64,000 bases of DNA from a virus: positions 1 through 64,000 of the IMG/VR virus record IMGVR_UViG_3300032799_000664. The stretch is one strand, 5' to 3'. The notes under the pieces were generated by a model that made no database searches, had not been told where the DNA came from, and was given only the letters and a program-made list of their open reading frames with translations. The position numbers and the translations under genes were made by a program. Shown here piece after piece: positions 17,709 to 26,875 of this stretch (the stretch's first letter is position 1; each line of letters begins with the position of its first letter).

Positions 17709-17968
17709 CGGGACACCTTCTTGCGCCGGCGACGTTGGCGACGCATGATGTCGTCGAGGCGCGTCGGCGTGATGTAGAGGATGTCGCACTCCATCCCGTC
17801 GACGGTCACCCGCAGACTGATGCCCTTGTGACTACGTGTGGGCACGGTTTCGAGATGGAGACGTTCGCGCAGCGAGACCGCGACGCAATCGCCGCAGTAG
17901 CTGTCCAGTTTCTCGCCAAGGCAGGCGATCGTCATGCCGTGCTTGGGACAGGCGATGGCTACGGTCAT
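17705..17968 (-). CDS. hypothetical protein
   Basis: CPKH...CGDC; ATGA-coupled. Confidence 0.6.
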   Translation of the reverse strand: MTVAIACPKHGMTIACLGEKLDSYCGDCVAVSLRERLHLETVPTRSHKGISLRVTVDGMECDILYITPTRLDDIMRRQRRRRKKVSR

Positions 17969-18156
17969 AGCTTCCTCACGTAGGCTCTGGGATCGAAACG
18001 ATCGGAGGCGCGTAAACCGCGCCTCCTTACGAGATTCACCAGCTGTCGCACTCGTTCTTTACCTATGTGTGCGACCGCGGCAATCTCCGCCAGCGTCGCT
18101 CCGTCCCGGCGCATCTGCGCCATCACGGTGGGAGGGAGGGTGCGCCTGAGCTTCAT
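17965..18156 (-). CDS. small HTH protein (sigma region-4-like)
   Basis: TLAEIAAVAHIGKERVRQL; GAGGAGG RBS. Confidence 0.7.
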   Translation of the reverse strand: MKLRRTLPPTVMAQMRRDGATLAEIAAVAHIGKERVRQLVNLVRRRGLRASDRFDPRAYVRKL

Positions 18157-18165
18157 GAAACCTCC

Positions 18166-18507
18166 TCAGTCGTCGTAGACGTACGTAGCCACGTGGGTTA
18201 TCTCGCCAGGCGAAGCGTAGCGGTACTTCCGACGACACGCGCTACAGATGGTGCCCATCTGGTAAAACCTCGACGGATCGCCTTCAATCAGACTACGTGA
18301 AGCACCGACCGCGTCAGGGCAAGCGCGGACGTGGATGTGCCGATGAGCTGCGATTACGCTCGCCGTGGCACTACTGAGTCTGTCGGCGATCTTAGACCAC
18401 GGCTGATCGTAGGACGTCACCTCCCAGTGCTTGCAGTACCAACACTGCCGTCGACGAAGTTGATTCTGCCAGCACAGGATGGTGTCGGGGCAGGTCGCGC
18501 AGGTCAT
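18166..18507 (-). CDS. 8-Cys scaffold family member 15
   Basis: MTCATCPDTILCWQ...CWYC...C...CSAC. Confidence 0.75.
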   Translation of the reverse strand: MTCATCPDTILCWQNQLRRRQCWYCKHWEVTSYDQPWSKIADRLSSATASVIAAHRHIHVRACPDAVGASRSLIEGDPSRFYQMGTICSACRRKYRYASPGEITHVATYVYDD

Positions 18508-18773
18508 GGCGGGGTGGCAGGTTCAGCTTCACCTTCGAAGTCCACGAGGTAGTGCAGCTTCACGGGGCGCTTACCGTCGAGGATGCGCTCGATGACGATC
18601 TTCAGCTCAGGTGCGAACTCGACCGTGTCCTGGTTGGTGTCGTTGTAGGCGTCGATGAAGTAGTGGATGAGCTCGAGCTTCTTCTCTGCGGTGCTCAGTG
18701 TCTCGTCTTCGACGAAGAGCATCTTGGTCTGCATGAGCTCGATGAGTTCGTAGTCGCTACGGAGTCTAGCCAT
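18504..18773 (-). CDS. hypothetical protein
   Basis: Coupled ORF with GGAG RBS. Confidence 0.65.
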   Translation of the reverse strand: MARLRSDYELIELMQTKMLFVEDETLSTAEKKLELIHYFIDAYNDTNQDTVEFAPELKIVIERILDGKRPVKLHYLVDFEGEAEPATPP

Positions 18774-19170
18774 GGCGGCTCCGGTCGTACTTGGCGCGGC
18801 GTTTCAGCACCGTGCACGCCTTGAGGTACGCGCTGCCCAGATCGACCCACTCTTCGTCGCCACGGGGACAGATGCAGCCTTTACGATCGGCGAAGACGCC
18901 GCCCGTAGCATTGACGGTATCGACGAATTCTTCGAGAGCTTCGAGTGCCCGTGCGTACTCCTGCAATGGCGCCAGCTCATGGGGCGGGTCAGCAACGACT
19001 GCGGTGGTCCAGCGTGTGATTTCGGCCGGTGTTTCGCCGGTGATGAGGCCTTCGTCAAAGAGGTGTTTCGCGGCCGCTTCCAGTTCGGCGAGCATGTCGG
19101 CCGGCTTCAGGCCGTTCAGTTCCACGTCGACATCGAGGGTGAGACGAAACGGCGTCGCTTTCTTCGGCAT
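18766..19170 (-). CDS. hypothetical protein
   Basis: GGAGGAG RBS. Confidence 0.65.
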   Translation of the reverse strand: MPKKATPFRLTLDVDVELNGLKPADMLAELEAAAKHLFDEGLITGETPAEITRWTTAVVADPPHELAPLQEYARALEALEEFVDTVNATGGVFADRKGCICPRGDEEWVDLGSAYLKACTVLKRRAKYDRSRHG

Positions 19171-19171
19171 G

Positions 19172-19366
19172 TCACTCCTCCGGCGTCATGTCCTCCGCCG
19201 CGTCATCCGGTCCATAGCCCGAGGACCAGTAGTCCCACAGTGGCTGCTTCGCCAACAGCAGCGTCGTGCGGGCCTCGCCGATCTTGGCCGCGATCTTGGC
19301 ATGGACCTTCTCGAGCCACGTATCGAAGCTGTGGCCGTGACGGACACCGGCGTAGTTCAGAGGCAT
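19172..19366 (-). CDS. small hypothetical protein
   Basis: MPLNYAG start. Confidence 0.5.
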   Translation of the reverse strand: MPLNYAGVRHGHSFDTWLEKVHAKIAAKIGEARTTLLLAKQPLWDYWSSGYGPDDAAEDMTPEE

Positions 19367-19659
19367 CGAGTCTTGCCCCTTCCCCCGGTGCCGTTGCTGG
19401 GGTGCGCCCACTTCGGCATTGGGCGCTTCTTCTCCAGGACCGCGACGCCCAGGCGCCGGCCGCGGAGGTATTCCTTGGCCAGGATCTGACCGTTGCTGTC
19501 GAGGGTCACGGGTGGTTCGTCCTTGTCGAGGGTCTGATCGACGGTGTCGCCCGGCTTCTCCGTGCCTTCTCGGTAGCCGTGCACGAAGCCGGTCATGAAG
19601 GCCAACGGATCGTGCGAGAAGCCACGTAGTTTGCCGAGGTCAATGTTGAAAGCGATCAT
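19357..19659 (-). CDS. hypothetical protein
   Basis: AAGGA RBS. Confidence 0.6.
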   Translation of the reverse strand: MIAFNIDLGKLRGFSHDPLAFMTGFVHGYREGTEKPGDTVDQTLDKDEPPVTLDSNGQILAKEYLRGRRLGVAVLEKKRPMPKWAHPSNGTGGRGKTRCL

Positions 19660-19673
19660 CGGAGTTTCCTTCT

Positions 19674-19979
19674 CTAGGAGCGGGGTTTCTCCAAGTGGTC
19701 ACGGTAGAGCTCGAAGCAGTTCTCCGCGTAGATCCGGCCGTCACTACGACGACCGTGGCACCTCTGGGTAGTGATGTAGATGTGCTGTACCTCTGCATTG
19801 CGCTGCCGAAAAACACCACAGATGTACGTCCAGTGGCCGACGTTGAAGAACATGGCATGACAGCTCATGCACTGGCGCAGTCGCGCTTCACGGCGCATCG
19901 ACGGCGTCCACGCTTCACCGAGGCAGATCAGCGAGTAGGGGCAGTACTGGCAGTCAGCCGCGGTGCGTAGCGCGATCAT
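19674..19979 (-). CDS. 8-Cys scaffold family member 16 (divergent)
   Basis: MIALRTAADCQYCPYSLICLG...CMSC...C... Confidence 0.7.
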   Translation of the reverse strand: MIALRTAADCQYCPYSLICLGEAWTPSMRREARLRQCMSCHAMFFNVGHWTYICGVFRQRNAEVQHIYITTQRCHGRRSDGRIYAENCFELYRDHLEKPRS

Positions 19980-20167
19980 CAGAACGTCGTCGGCATCGCC
20001 GGCGGCGGGGACGCCGGTGCCTTCTTCGATACCTTCGGGGCCGCGCCGCCGTGGAAGAAGCGATGCACGATGTCCGCCACGAGCGCTGTGACGCTGACCC
20101 CCCGCTGCTTGGCTTCACGCTGCAGGCGTTGGTACGTCTCACCTTTCACCGAGATGTCCTTCTTCAT
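19979..20167 (-). CDS. ribbon-helix-helix (CopG-like) DNA-binding protein
   Basis: MKKDISVKGETYQRLQREAKQRGVSVTALVADIV; GGAGG RBS. Confidence 0.65.
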   Translation of the reverse strand: MKKDISVKGETYQRLQREAKQRGVSVTALVADIVHRFFHGGAAPKVSKKAPASPPPAMPTTF

Positions 20168-20583
20168 GCGTCCTCCAAGGCCGCCTGGGCGACTTCGTCG
20201 AGGTCGATGTACTTGCCGTTCCAGCGCGCCACCCAGCCGCTGCAGATGACGCATTCACCGAGGACCAAGCCCATGGGCAACCGGTTGACGGGGTCCTCCG
20301 TCGTTCGAGGAATTATGTGCGCTTGTTGACGGGTTCGTGCCATCTCTTCGCGTTGCTTCTTCATCAGCTGCTGCCAGCGCCGATTCATGGCCCGATCGAA
20401 CGGTCGTTGCTCGCACTTCAGGGCATACCACAGCCCAGCGATACCCTCGTCGATTTCGCCGTTCTCTGGTACCACTGCAACGACGAAGCGCTTGCAGCGC
20501 GGACACAGTTCTGGGCGGGCTCGAGTGACACCGAGGTGGCCACTCCAGCACGCCAGGCTCAGCGGACACTCGGCGCAGCGCAT
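20164..20583 (-). CDS. 8-Cys scaffold family member 17
   Basis: MRCAECPLSLACWSG...CPRC...C...CVIC. Confidence 0.8.
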   Translation of the reverse strand: MRCAECPLSLACWSGHLGVTRARPELCPRCKRFVVAVVPENGEIDEGIAGLWYALKCEQRPFDRAMNRRWQQLMKKQREEMARTRQQAHIIPRTTEDPVNRLPMGLVLGECVICSGWVARWNGKYIDLDEVAQAALEDA

Positions 20584-20584
20584 G

Positions 20585-20914
20585 TCACTTGATCAGCTGG
20601 CACAGCGCGCCGCACGCGGGGCATTGTCCGGCGGGCATCGGTTCACCGGGATGGACGCGCACGTCGAGGTGCTGGATTTCTTCCAGGTTCTCCTCGGCGA
20701 AGACTCGTGTGCAGTCCTGACAGCGTGCCAGCGAGATGGTCTTGGTTTCACTCGCAATGATCCCGAGCCCATCGACATCAGCAGCGCCGAACTCCAATGT
20801 GCTGACCAGTCGATTGAGGGCGGTGCCAATCTTCGTCAGATCGATGCGCTTCGGATCGTAGTGAACATCGAGCAAGAACGTTGTGGTGCACAGCTTACTG
20901 CGCTTCTTCCGCAT
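20585..20914 (-). CDS. hypothetical protein with Zn ribbon
   Basis: CQDC...MPAGQCPACG; GAGG RBS before MRKKRSK. Confidence 0.65.
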   Translation of the reverse strand: MRKKRSKLCTTTFLLDVHYDPKRIDLTKIGTALNRLVSTLEFGAADVDGLGIIASETKTISLARCQDCTRVFAEENLEEIQHLDVRVHPGEPMPAGQCPACGALCQLIK

Positions 20915-21131
20915 TGTACCTCTCTCCTCGATGACGTGTTCGATGAACACGCAGCTCTGCACTGTGATCCAGAGACGTCCGGGCGGCCGGGCAGAGCGTG
21001 AGCCGGGCCGGGCCGCCCGGAACGTCTCGAGATCCCGGTGTCGCAGCTAGTCCTACTGTACCGGCGTGGCGCCGGCGTGCGCGCGTAGCGGCACTCGAGA
21101 GAGGCGATGGCCAGCGTTCTACCTCCGACCA

Positions 21132-23126
21132 TCACCCAGACTTTGACGGGTCTGGGATGAGTGGACCTTCAGGCTTACGCACCGCAGGGACGTACGGCAA
21201 GTCCAGCCGGTTGTGCGGGATCTGCAGCTGCGCGTCGACGTGCGTCTTCTTGGTCGCCAGCCACTCGTCGGCCTTCATCTGCGGGACGCCCCGGCGCATG
21301 AGGATGGCCATGGCTTCGCCGGTGACTTGGCTGGGGTCAGTGAAGATGTCGAAGCCAGCTTCAGTGAGGTCACGTCGCTTTCGGTCACCTAGCGGCAGTG
21401 GTCCACGACGCACGTAGTGCCGGTAGTGAGCGTCGCGATCGAAGCGATGCGACCATTCGCGCGGGATGACCAGGCGAGGCAGCTTCCGAGCGTGGTCTTG
21501 TACCAGCTGCTCTTGGATGGTTACGGTGTAGTAGGGGCGGGGAAGGAACCGCTGCCGCGCCTTCTTCGAGGCCTTTTCGAACTGCAGTCGTTCGCGCAGT
21601 GGCGTCTTTTCTTGCCGCAGGACGATGGTCTGCTTGTCGTTGAGCGCCGCAATGAGCAACGTGAAGATCCAAGGCGTATCACAGTAGTCGTTGCCCGTGA
21701 GTCCTGTGTTGTCGTCCTGATGGGTCGTCCAACCTTGAATCGACTTTCGGAGGTAGAGCGTCGCGAACTTCTCTCCGATTTTCCCGGCTGGAGACTCGGT
21801 GAGGCAGTAGTCGATGATTTCACCGCTCTCAGCCAGCAGTGTGCCGACTAAGCGGTCCGATCCTTCGAACTTGACGCGCCCTTCATCGTCTAGCAGCGCG
21901 CCGCCTTCGCCCCAGCCCACGTAGATCACCGGGAAAGGCAACGGGCCAGGCATAGGTACTTGCGCGGTCAAGCTGCGCGCCGCTTCGCGTAGCACCGGAT
22001 AGTCCGTGGGATCAAAACCAGTGCACGTGGCGAGGTATGCTTGTGCCGCTGGCAGGAGGTGTTCCGTGAGGTCAGCCACCGTCAACTCGTAGATGCGTGC
22101 ATCACGTAGGAGTGCGTAGCTACGTCTCATGTCCTGCAGGGTAGTATTTGACCGAGGATTTCGCTGCCGATACACGTCCTCGGACAACGCCGCGTTGAGC
22201 TGAGCGCCTTCGAGCAGCGTCAGGTAGTTGCCGATGACCCAGTCGTGGTTGCTCTTCTTCGGCGCCGCGGGCTTCTCCTTGAACATCTCTGAGGCGCCCA
22301 GCTCATCGGCGCAATCCATGCACACGTTGTGCGTCCCACTGCCGACCTTCACCGAGTAGTGGTAGCGCGGACCCGTTTTGCCGCAGCGCTCACAGGGTCG
22401 CTTCAGTCGGTTATCGTTCTTCGACTTGACATCGCGGGGCTTGACCGTGACCTTCTCGAAGCGTGGCTTGCCCTGCGTAGCCCACATCGCATCGACGACA
22501 TCCGCCTGACTCAGTGCACCGTCGAGGAACTTCCGCCGGTCTACCTTGACCTGTGTTCCGGGTGGCGACGACAACACCGTCAGATGCGCGGGCAGTGGTC
22601 CGACGAGCGCTTCGTACTTCTCGATCTGCTCTTGGGCCACGGCGTCGCGTTGATCATCCGGTGGGTGCTGCAGCGCTGCCGTCAGGTGTCGGTGCAGTTC
22701 CGTACGCGACAGGTTCAAGTCGTTGAGCGCGGTCTCGATCGAGGCTTGCAAGGGGAACACCTTGCCCCCCACCTGCATCACCTGGAAATCGGAGTAGAAC
22801 ATCTGCCGATTCCGGTCCATCCAGGTGAGCCGCATGAACCACCAGCCCCAGTGGTGCGTCAGGCGCCGGAAAGTGTCGTGCGATTCTGGATCGACGGGCG
22901 CATCCCGGGTGAAGACGGCCTGCTGAGTATGCGCGTCGAGCACCTGATAGCGCCCGCCGGGCCAGATGAGGCGGATGTACTGCGGCAGAGCGACAATCGC
23001 TTCCGCGAGCGGCGAGTCGTAGTCGAGGCCGATGTAGAGCAACGGTTCGAGGGGAATGTCACCGCGGTCCTGGGTCGTAGCCGTGAGCCAGGTGACCCCC
23101 ATCACGTTCGGCGTGACGACTTTCAT
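21132..23126 (-). CDS. large multidomain hypothetical protein with central Zn finger
   Basis: MKVVTPN start (ATGA-coupled); CERC...CMDC; basic C-terminal SHRFDRDAHYRH segment. Confidence 0.75.
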   Translation of the reverse strand: MKVVTPNVMGVTWLTATTQDRGDIPLEPLLYIGLDYDSPLAEAIVALPQYIRLIWPGGRYQVLDAHTQQAVFTRDAPVDPESHDTFRRLTHHWGWWFMRLTWMDRNRQMFYSDFQVMQVGGKVFPLQASIETALNDLNLSRTELHRHLTAALQHPPDDQRDAVAQEQIEKYEALVGPLPAHLTVLSSPPGTQVKVDRRKFLDGALSQADVVDAMWATQGKPRFEKVTVKPRDVKSKNDNRLKRPCERCGKTGPRYHYSVKVGSGTHNVCMDCADELGASEMFKEKPAAPKKSNHDWVIGNYLTLLEGAQLNAALSEDVYRQRNPRSNTTLQDMRRSYALLRDARIYELTVADLTEHLLPAAQAYLATCTGFDPTDYPVLREAARSLTAQVPMPGPLPFPVIYVGWGEGGALLDDEGRVKFEGSDRLVGTLLAESGEIIDYCLTESPAGKIGEKFATLYLRKSIQGWTTHQDDNTGLTGNDYCDTPWIFTLLIAALNDKQTIVLRQEKTPLRERLQFEKASKKARQRFLPRPYYTVTIQEQLVQDHARKLPRLVIPREWSHRFDRDAHYRHYVRRGPLPLGDRKRRDLTEAGFDIFTDPSQVTGEAMAILMRRGVPQMKADEWLATKKTHVDAQLQIPHNRLDLPYVPAVRKPEGPLIPDPSKSG

Positions 23127-23947
23127 GTCCCGTTCTTCCGTACCTGTTCTTCGAGTTCCTCGACAGTGGATTTGGCGCCGGCGATGTACCCCGCGGTGTA
23201 GGCGGCTTCGAGGCACTGGCGCGTGCGCTCGGACGTGGTCAGCCGCAGTACCGGCGTGAGGTCCCCGTGCTTGATCTTGTCGACGGGCACGACGTTGATG
23301 CCCTTCTCGTGGAAGCGCGTGCGCGCGTTCGAGATGACGTTCTCCCGTGCCTTGGCCGCAAGCTGCAGGAACTTCGCAACCATTGTGAACGCAACGGCAC
23401 CCACACCCGCTGCTGCTGACGAGTCTGCCAACCCGCTGGCGCTCGGAACCAACGCCGGCGGTGGCACGACTGAGGGCGGCGTGCGGCGCTGCGCCCCAGC
23501 GCTCATGGCTGCCAAGCGCTGCTTGTCAGCTTCGCTCAGCTCGCCCAACATCTCGCGCGCCGTCGCTTCGAAATCAGCCGCTGACTCCGGGTTCATCTCG
23601 GCGGCCATGCCGACAGCTTCTTCGTCAGGTTCAGCCTCAGTCGTGGCGCGCGTGCCGCCACCGTTGGCCAGCTCCGTGATGGTATCCGCCAGCCCGTAGA
23701 AGAGATCGCTGTTGGCCTGCCCCCGGCGGTTCCACTTCTGCAGCCCCGTCCAGATATTCCGGATGGCACTGTCCATCTTCTCCGTGACGTAGTTGTACTG
23801 GGGCGTCTTCATGATGTACTCGAGGGTCGACTTGGTCCGGTCGTGCACCGAGCGGGAGTACTCCGCGGGCAGGATTTCGTCGAGTGCCTCGATGGCTTCG
23901 ATGGTGTTGCGACAAGCACAGACGGCTTCGGCGCGGGTCATCGGCAT
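23123..23947 (-). CDS. hypothetical protein
   Basis: AAAGGA RBS immediately after the palindrome. Confidence 0.75.
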   Translation of the reverse strand: MPMTRAEAVCACRNTIEAIEALDEILPAEYSRSVHDRTKSTLEYIMKTPQYNYVTEKMDSAIRNIWTGLQKWNRRGQANSDLFYGLADTITELANGGGTRATTEAEPDEEAVGMAAEMNPESAADFEATAREMLGELSEADKQRLAAMSAGAQRRTPPSVVPPPALVPSASGLADSSAAAGVGAVAFTMVAKFLQLAAKARENVISNARTRFHEKGINVVPVDKIKHGDLTPVLRLTTSERTRQCLEAAYTAGYIAGAKSTVEELEEQVRKNGT

Positions 23948-23960
23948 GGTCGGTTCCTTT

Positions 23961-23975
23961 CTTTACGCGGTAAAG
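23961..23975. promoter_or_regulatory. palindrome CTTTAC-GCG-GTAAAG
   Basis: Intergenic, abutting the RBS of the 23947 gene. Confidence 0.6.
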
Positions 23976-23976
23976 C

Positions 23977-24411
23977 CTAACCGGCCTTGCGCCGCTTCTC
24001 CTTCTTCTCCCGCTTGGTGACGCGTTCCTCGGTGAGGAGGTGCTCGTAGTACTCCTCGAAGTGCTTGAGCCCGACGAGGTTGATGCCCGCCTTCTTGGCG
24101 ATGTTGGCCAGCATGAGCGGGTTCCAGCGACCGCTCAGCCGGATCTGCAGCCAGAAGTAGCTGGTGTGGACGTGGTCCGGCATCCAGCACTTGGCTGAAC
24201 CGAGCAGCTCGCTGCGCTCCGCCTCGATGGGCTTGTAGCAGAAGCGCAGCTGGTCCTCGCCGAGGGACAGGAACATGACCGCTTCGCCCTGCTTGAGCTC
24301 GCGCACAATCTCGGCGTTACGTGGCGAGCCACCACGGAACTCCTCGAGCTGCGTCTGACAGCTCTTGTTGAACGAAACCGAAACGACCTGCTTGAGCCGG
24401 ACGTCGATCAC
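23977..24411 (-). CDS. hypothetical protein
   Basis: AGGAGG RBS, GTG start. Confidence 0.65.
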   Translation of the reverse strand: MIDVRLKQVVSVSFNKSCQTQLEEFRGGSPRNAEIVRELKQGEAVMFLSLGEDQLRFCYKPIEAERSELLGSAKCWMPDHVHTSYFWLQIRLSGRWNPLMLANIAKKAGINLVGLKHFEEYYEHLLTEERVTKREKKEKRRKAG

Positions 24412-24420
24412 GGTGCCCTC

Positions 24421-24912
24421 CTATGGCCACTTCTGGCGGTGCCGCTCCACCAGGTCGTAGGTCAACTCGACCTGACCGGCGGTGTCCTTGGTGATGGTGA
24501 CGCGGACGAGTTCGTTGTGCAGGAGTCCCTGCATCTGCCCGAGGTACTCCGCAGTGAGCCGCTGGATGGAGGTGTAGGGGTGCAGCATCGGCGGGGCCGT
24601 GGCCGCTGCTTGCAGCGCCGCGTTGGCCCGGGCTGCAGTCGCCTTGGCGTCGGGCGGACAGCGCCGATTGCCGTTCTTGTGTGGCTTGCCCATGAGCTTG
24701 GGGTTGCGCGGCTTGAGCTTGAACTGCTGCGCTGTGGCGGAGATGTCACCGGTGGTGCAGCCCAGCTCCTTTTCGATGGTGCTGTAGCTGTCGCCCAGCT
24801 GGTAGCGGTTGGCGATGATCACCCGGTCCTCGTCCATCAACTTCCGGCTCTTCATTGGCAGCCGGACAGTCTTCGGGATCGCCAGGCGAAGGACTTCCTT
24901 CGACTTGGTCAT
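24421..24912 (-). CDS. hypothetical protein, possible HTH
   Basis: GAGGAG RBS; SYSTIEKELGCTTGDIS segment. Confidence 0.65.
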   Translation of the reverse strand: MTKSKEVLRLAIPKTVRLPMKSRKLMDEDRVIIANRYQLGDSYSTIEKELGCTTGDISATAQQFKLKPRNPKLMGKPHKNGNRRCPPDAKATAARANAALQAAATAPPMLHPYTSIQRLTAEYLGQMQGLLHNELVRVTITKDTAGQVELTYDLVERHRQKWP

Positions 24913-24935
24913 GCGACTCCTCGTGTGACGGTGAA

Positions 24936-25208
24936 TCAGTGCACGCTACGGTAGGCACGGATGAAGCAGGAGAGTGCTTGCAGCCAGATGAGGATGGTCG
25001 CCGTGGCGCCGAGAACGTGCTGGTTGCCGGCGCACATGGCTGAGAAGACTTGACCACCGAGAAGCAAGACTGCGATTCCCAGGAGCAACCAGAGCACCCG
25101 GCGTCCCCAGCCACGGCGTGGCTGTGGGGTTTCTTCCAAGAGCATCGGCTCTTCACGGATGAGGTGCAGGCTCATTCGACGTTGCCCTTTGTTTCGCATG
25201 TGGTGCAC
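24936..25208 (-). CDS. two-TM membrane protein
   Basis: Two hydrophobic stretches; start uncertain. Confidence 0.55.
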   Translation of the reverse strand: MHHMRNKGQRRMSLHLIREEPMLLEETPQPRRGWGRRVLWLLLGIAVLLLGGQVFSAMCAGNQHVLGATATILIWLQALSCFIRAYRSVH

Positions 25209-25217
25209 GACGAGATC

Positions 25218-25847
25218 TTACAGCGTCTTCTCCGGATCCGTCAGCGTCTCTTCGAGCGTCTTGACAACGTCAACACCATGGACGATGAGCGAGAAGTCTT
25301 CGCCGGCGATCTTGCGCAGCTGCGCAGCAATGCGCTGCAGGCGCTGGTCGCCGAGGACTTGTCGCCGACGCTCGCGTTCTTCAGCTTCCGCGTCGGCCTT
25401 CTCTTGGCGACGTACCGCCCGTTCTTCTTCGAGGAACTGCTTGAGACCGGTGTCCATCATCTCCTGGATGTACTTGTCGAGCTTCTCGAGCTCTTCGTCG
25501 GTGAGCTCTTCATCGACGACGAACCAGCCACCGGAGCGCCCCGAGAAGCCGGAGTCAATCAGCGTACCGCCTTCTTCGAGCGGCTTGCGGCCGATGATGA
25601 ACGGCAGCGCATCGTAGCCGCACTTGCGGCCCTTCTTGTCCTGCGTGTACTCACCAAAGAAGAAACGCCGGGCGTCGTCGATCTCGTTTTCCCAGCTACC
25701 TTCTTCACCTTCGACGCCGAAGTCGTAGTACTTGCAGTTCCACTGGTACTGGCCGTAGGCGCGGTAGCCGCCCTGGAAGTACGAAGAGTGGCCAGGGTTA
25801 CCGCGAATCTGCTTCTGGCCATCGTTGCTGGTCATGACCTGCGTCAT
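25218..25847 (-). CDS. hypothetical protein
   Basis: 209-aa ORF, coupled. Confidence 0.75.
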   Translation of the reverse strand: MTQVMTSNDGQKQIRGNPGHSSYFQGGYRAYGQYQWNCKYYDFGVEGEEGSWENEIDDARRFFFGEYTQDKKGRKCGYDALPFIIGRKPLEEGGTLIDSGFSGRSGGWFVVDEELTDEELEKLDKYIQEMMDTGLKQFLEEERAVRRQEKADAEAEERERRRQVLGDQRLQRIAAQLRKIAGEDFSLIVHGVDVVKTLEETLTDPEKTL

Positions 25848-26308
25848 CAGTTCTTCTGCACGTCGCGCTTACGCATTGCGAAGACGAGCTCCTTGGTGAT
25901 GATGCGGCGCCACGCCTGGCACTTCGCATCTACCATCGTGATGTACTCGCCGAGCGCGTCGCGCTCCAAGCAACTTTTCATCTGTCCGAAGTAGTGCCGC
26001 GCAGTCTCCAGATTGTTCCAGTAGGGGTCGCGGCGATCGTAGGGCGGCGTACCGACGTACGGCTTATCGGCGCGCCAGTAGATGTGCCGGTGATTCAGCC
26101 CGCTGGGACCGAACACGAAGGCTTCCTCCCCGGGACGGATGTTGTGCTGATTGCAGAACTCCAAGCGATCGTCCAAAGCGCGCGTGAGCGTTGAGAGTGT
26201 GATCCCCACCAACATGTGGATAGTCATCTGCCCGTGGCGGAGTTTGACAGAAGCCGCCACACGGTAGTTGGGATTACGAAGGTCGTCGCGCGTTGCCGTC
26301 GTGATCAT
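25847..26308 (-). CDS. hypothetical protein
   Basis: GGAG RBS. Confidence 0.7.
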   Translation of the reverse strand: MITTATRDDLRNPNYRVAASVKLRHGQMTIHMLVGITLSTLTRALDDRLEFCNQHNIRPGEEAFVFGPSGLNHRHIYWRADKPYVGTPPYDRRDPYWNNLETARHYFGQMKSCLERDALGEYITMVDAKCQAWRRIITKELVFAMRKRDVQKN

Positions 26309-26321
26309 CGGATTCTCCGTT

Positions 26322-26362
26322 GTTGAGAGCGTTGAGAGCGTTGAGAGCGTTGAGAGCGTTGA
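26322..26362. repeat. 9-bp tandem repeat (GTTGAGAGC) x4.5
   Basis: Directly visible; fills the spacer between stop 26364 and the next RBS. Confidence 0.95.
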
Positions 26363-26363
26363 A

Positions 26364-26642
26364 CTACGGTTTCGTCGTAGTTGCTGCCATGCGTTCCTCG
26401 AGTCGCTTCTCGACGTATGTGACCAGCTTCTCGAGATACAGCGCGTAGGGCCGCAGCATCGGGTTGCGATGGATGGCTTCGCGGATGAGCTCGTGGAGCG
26501 CCATCAGCACGGCGACGCTCTCGAGCGTAGCGATGTGCAGGAGCGCGCTGGAAAGCTGCTCGAAGATGGCGCGTGCCCGCAGCTGCGCATCGTACTCGCC
26601 GAAGCGCAGCTGCAGCGCCCGCAGAACATCTCGGGCCGACAT
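26364..26642 (-). CDS. hypothetical protein
   Basis: MSARDVL start, TGATG overlap. Confidence 0.55.
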   Translation of the reverse strand: MSARDVLRALQLRFGEYDAQLRARAIFEQLSSALLHIATLESVAVLMALHELIREAIHRNPMLRPYALYLEKLVTYVEKRLEERMAATTTKP

Positions 26643-26875
26643 CAGCGGTTGCTGGCGGCCCTCGCGGCGCCGCGGCAGGGGGTGCACCACGGCTGCAACC
26701 GGACCACCGGTGCCGAGCCCGGCCGCGGTGTCATGGCTCGCAGCCCGAACTCCGAGATGGCCTTCTTGGTGCTGCAGTGCGGGCAGAGCTTCTTCAGCTC
26801 GTCGCCCTTCTCGTTCAACAGCACCAGCTGAATGCCGTTGATGGACATGCCGTCGATCTTGACCTTGATCTTCAC
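26642..26875 (-). CDS. small Zn-finger protein
   Basis: CPHC...QPWCTPC. Confidence 0.6.
   Translation of the reverse strand: MKIKVKIDGMSINGIQLVLLNEKGDELKKLCPHCSTKKAISEFGLRAMTPRPGSAPVVRLQPWCTPCRGAARAASNR

Noticed and set aside
1168-20583. Diversity-generating retroelement or integron-cassette explanation for the paralogues
   Set aside because: No reverse transcriptase, integrase, template/variable repeat pair or attC-like site is visible in the window; variation includes large indels and is not adenine-specific.
26322-26362. CRISPR array
   Set aside because: Contiguous 9-bp units with no spacers.
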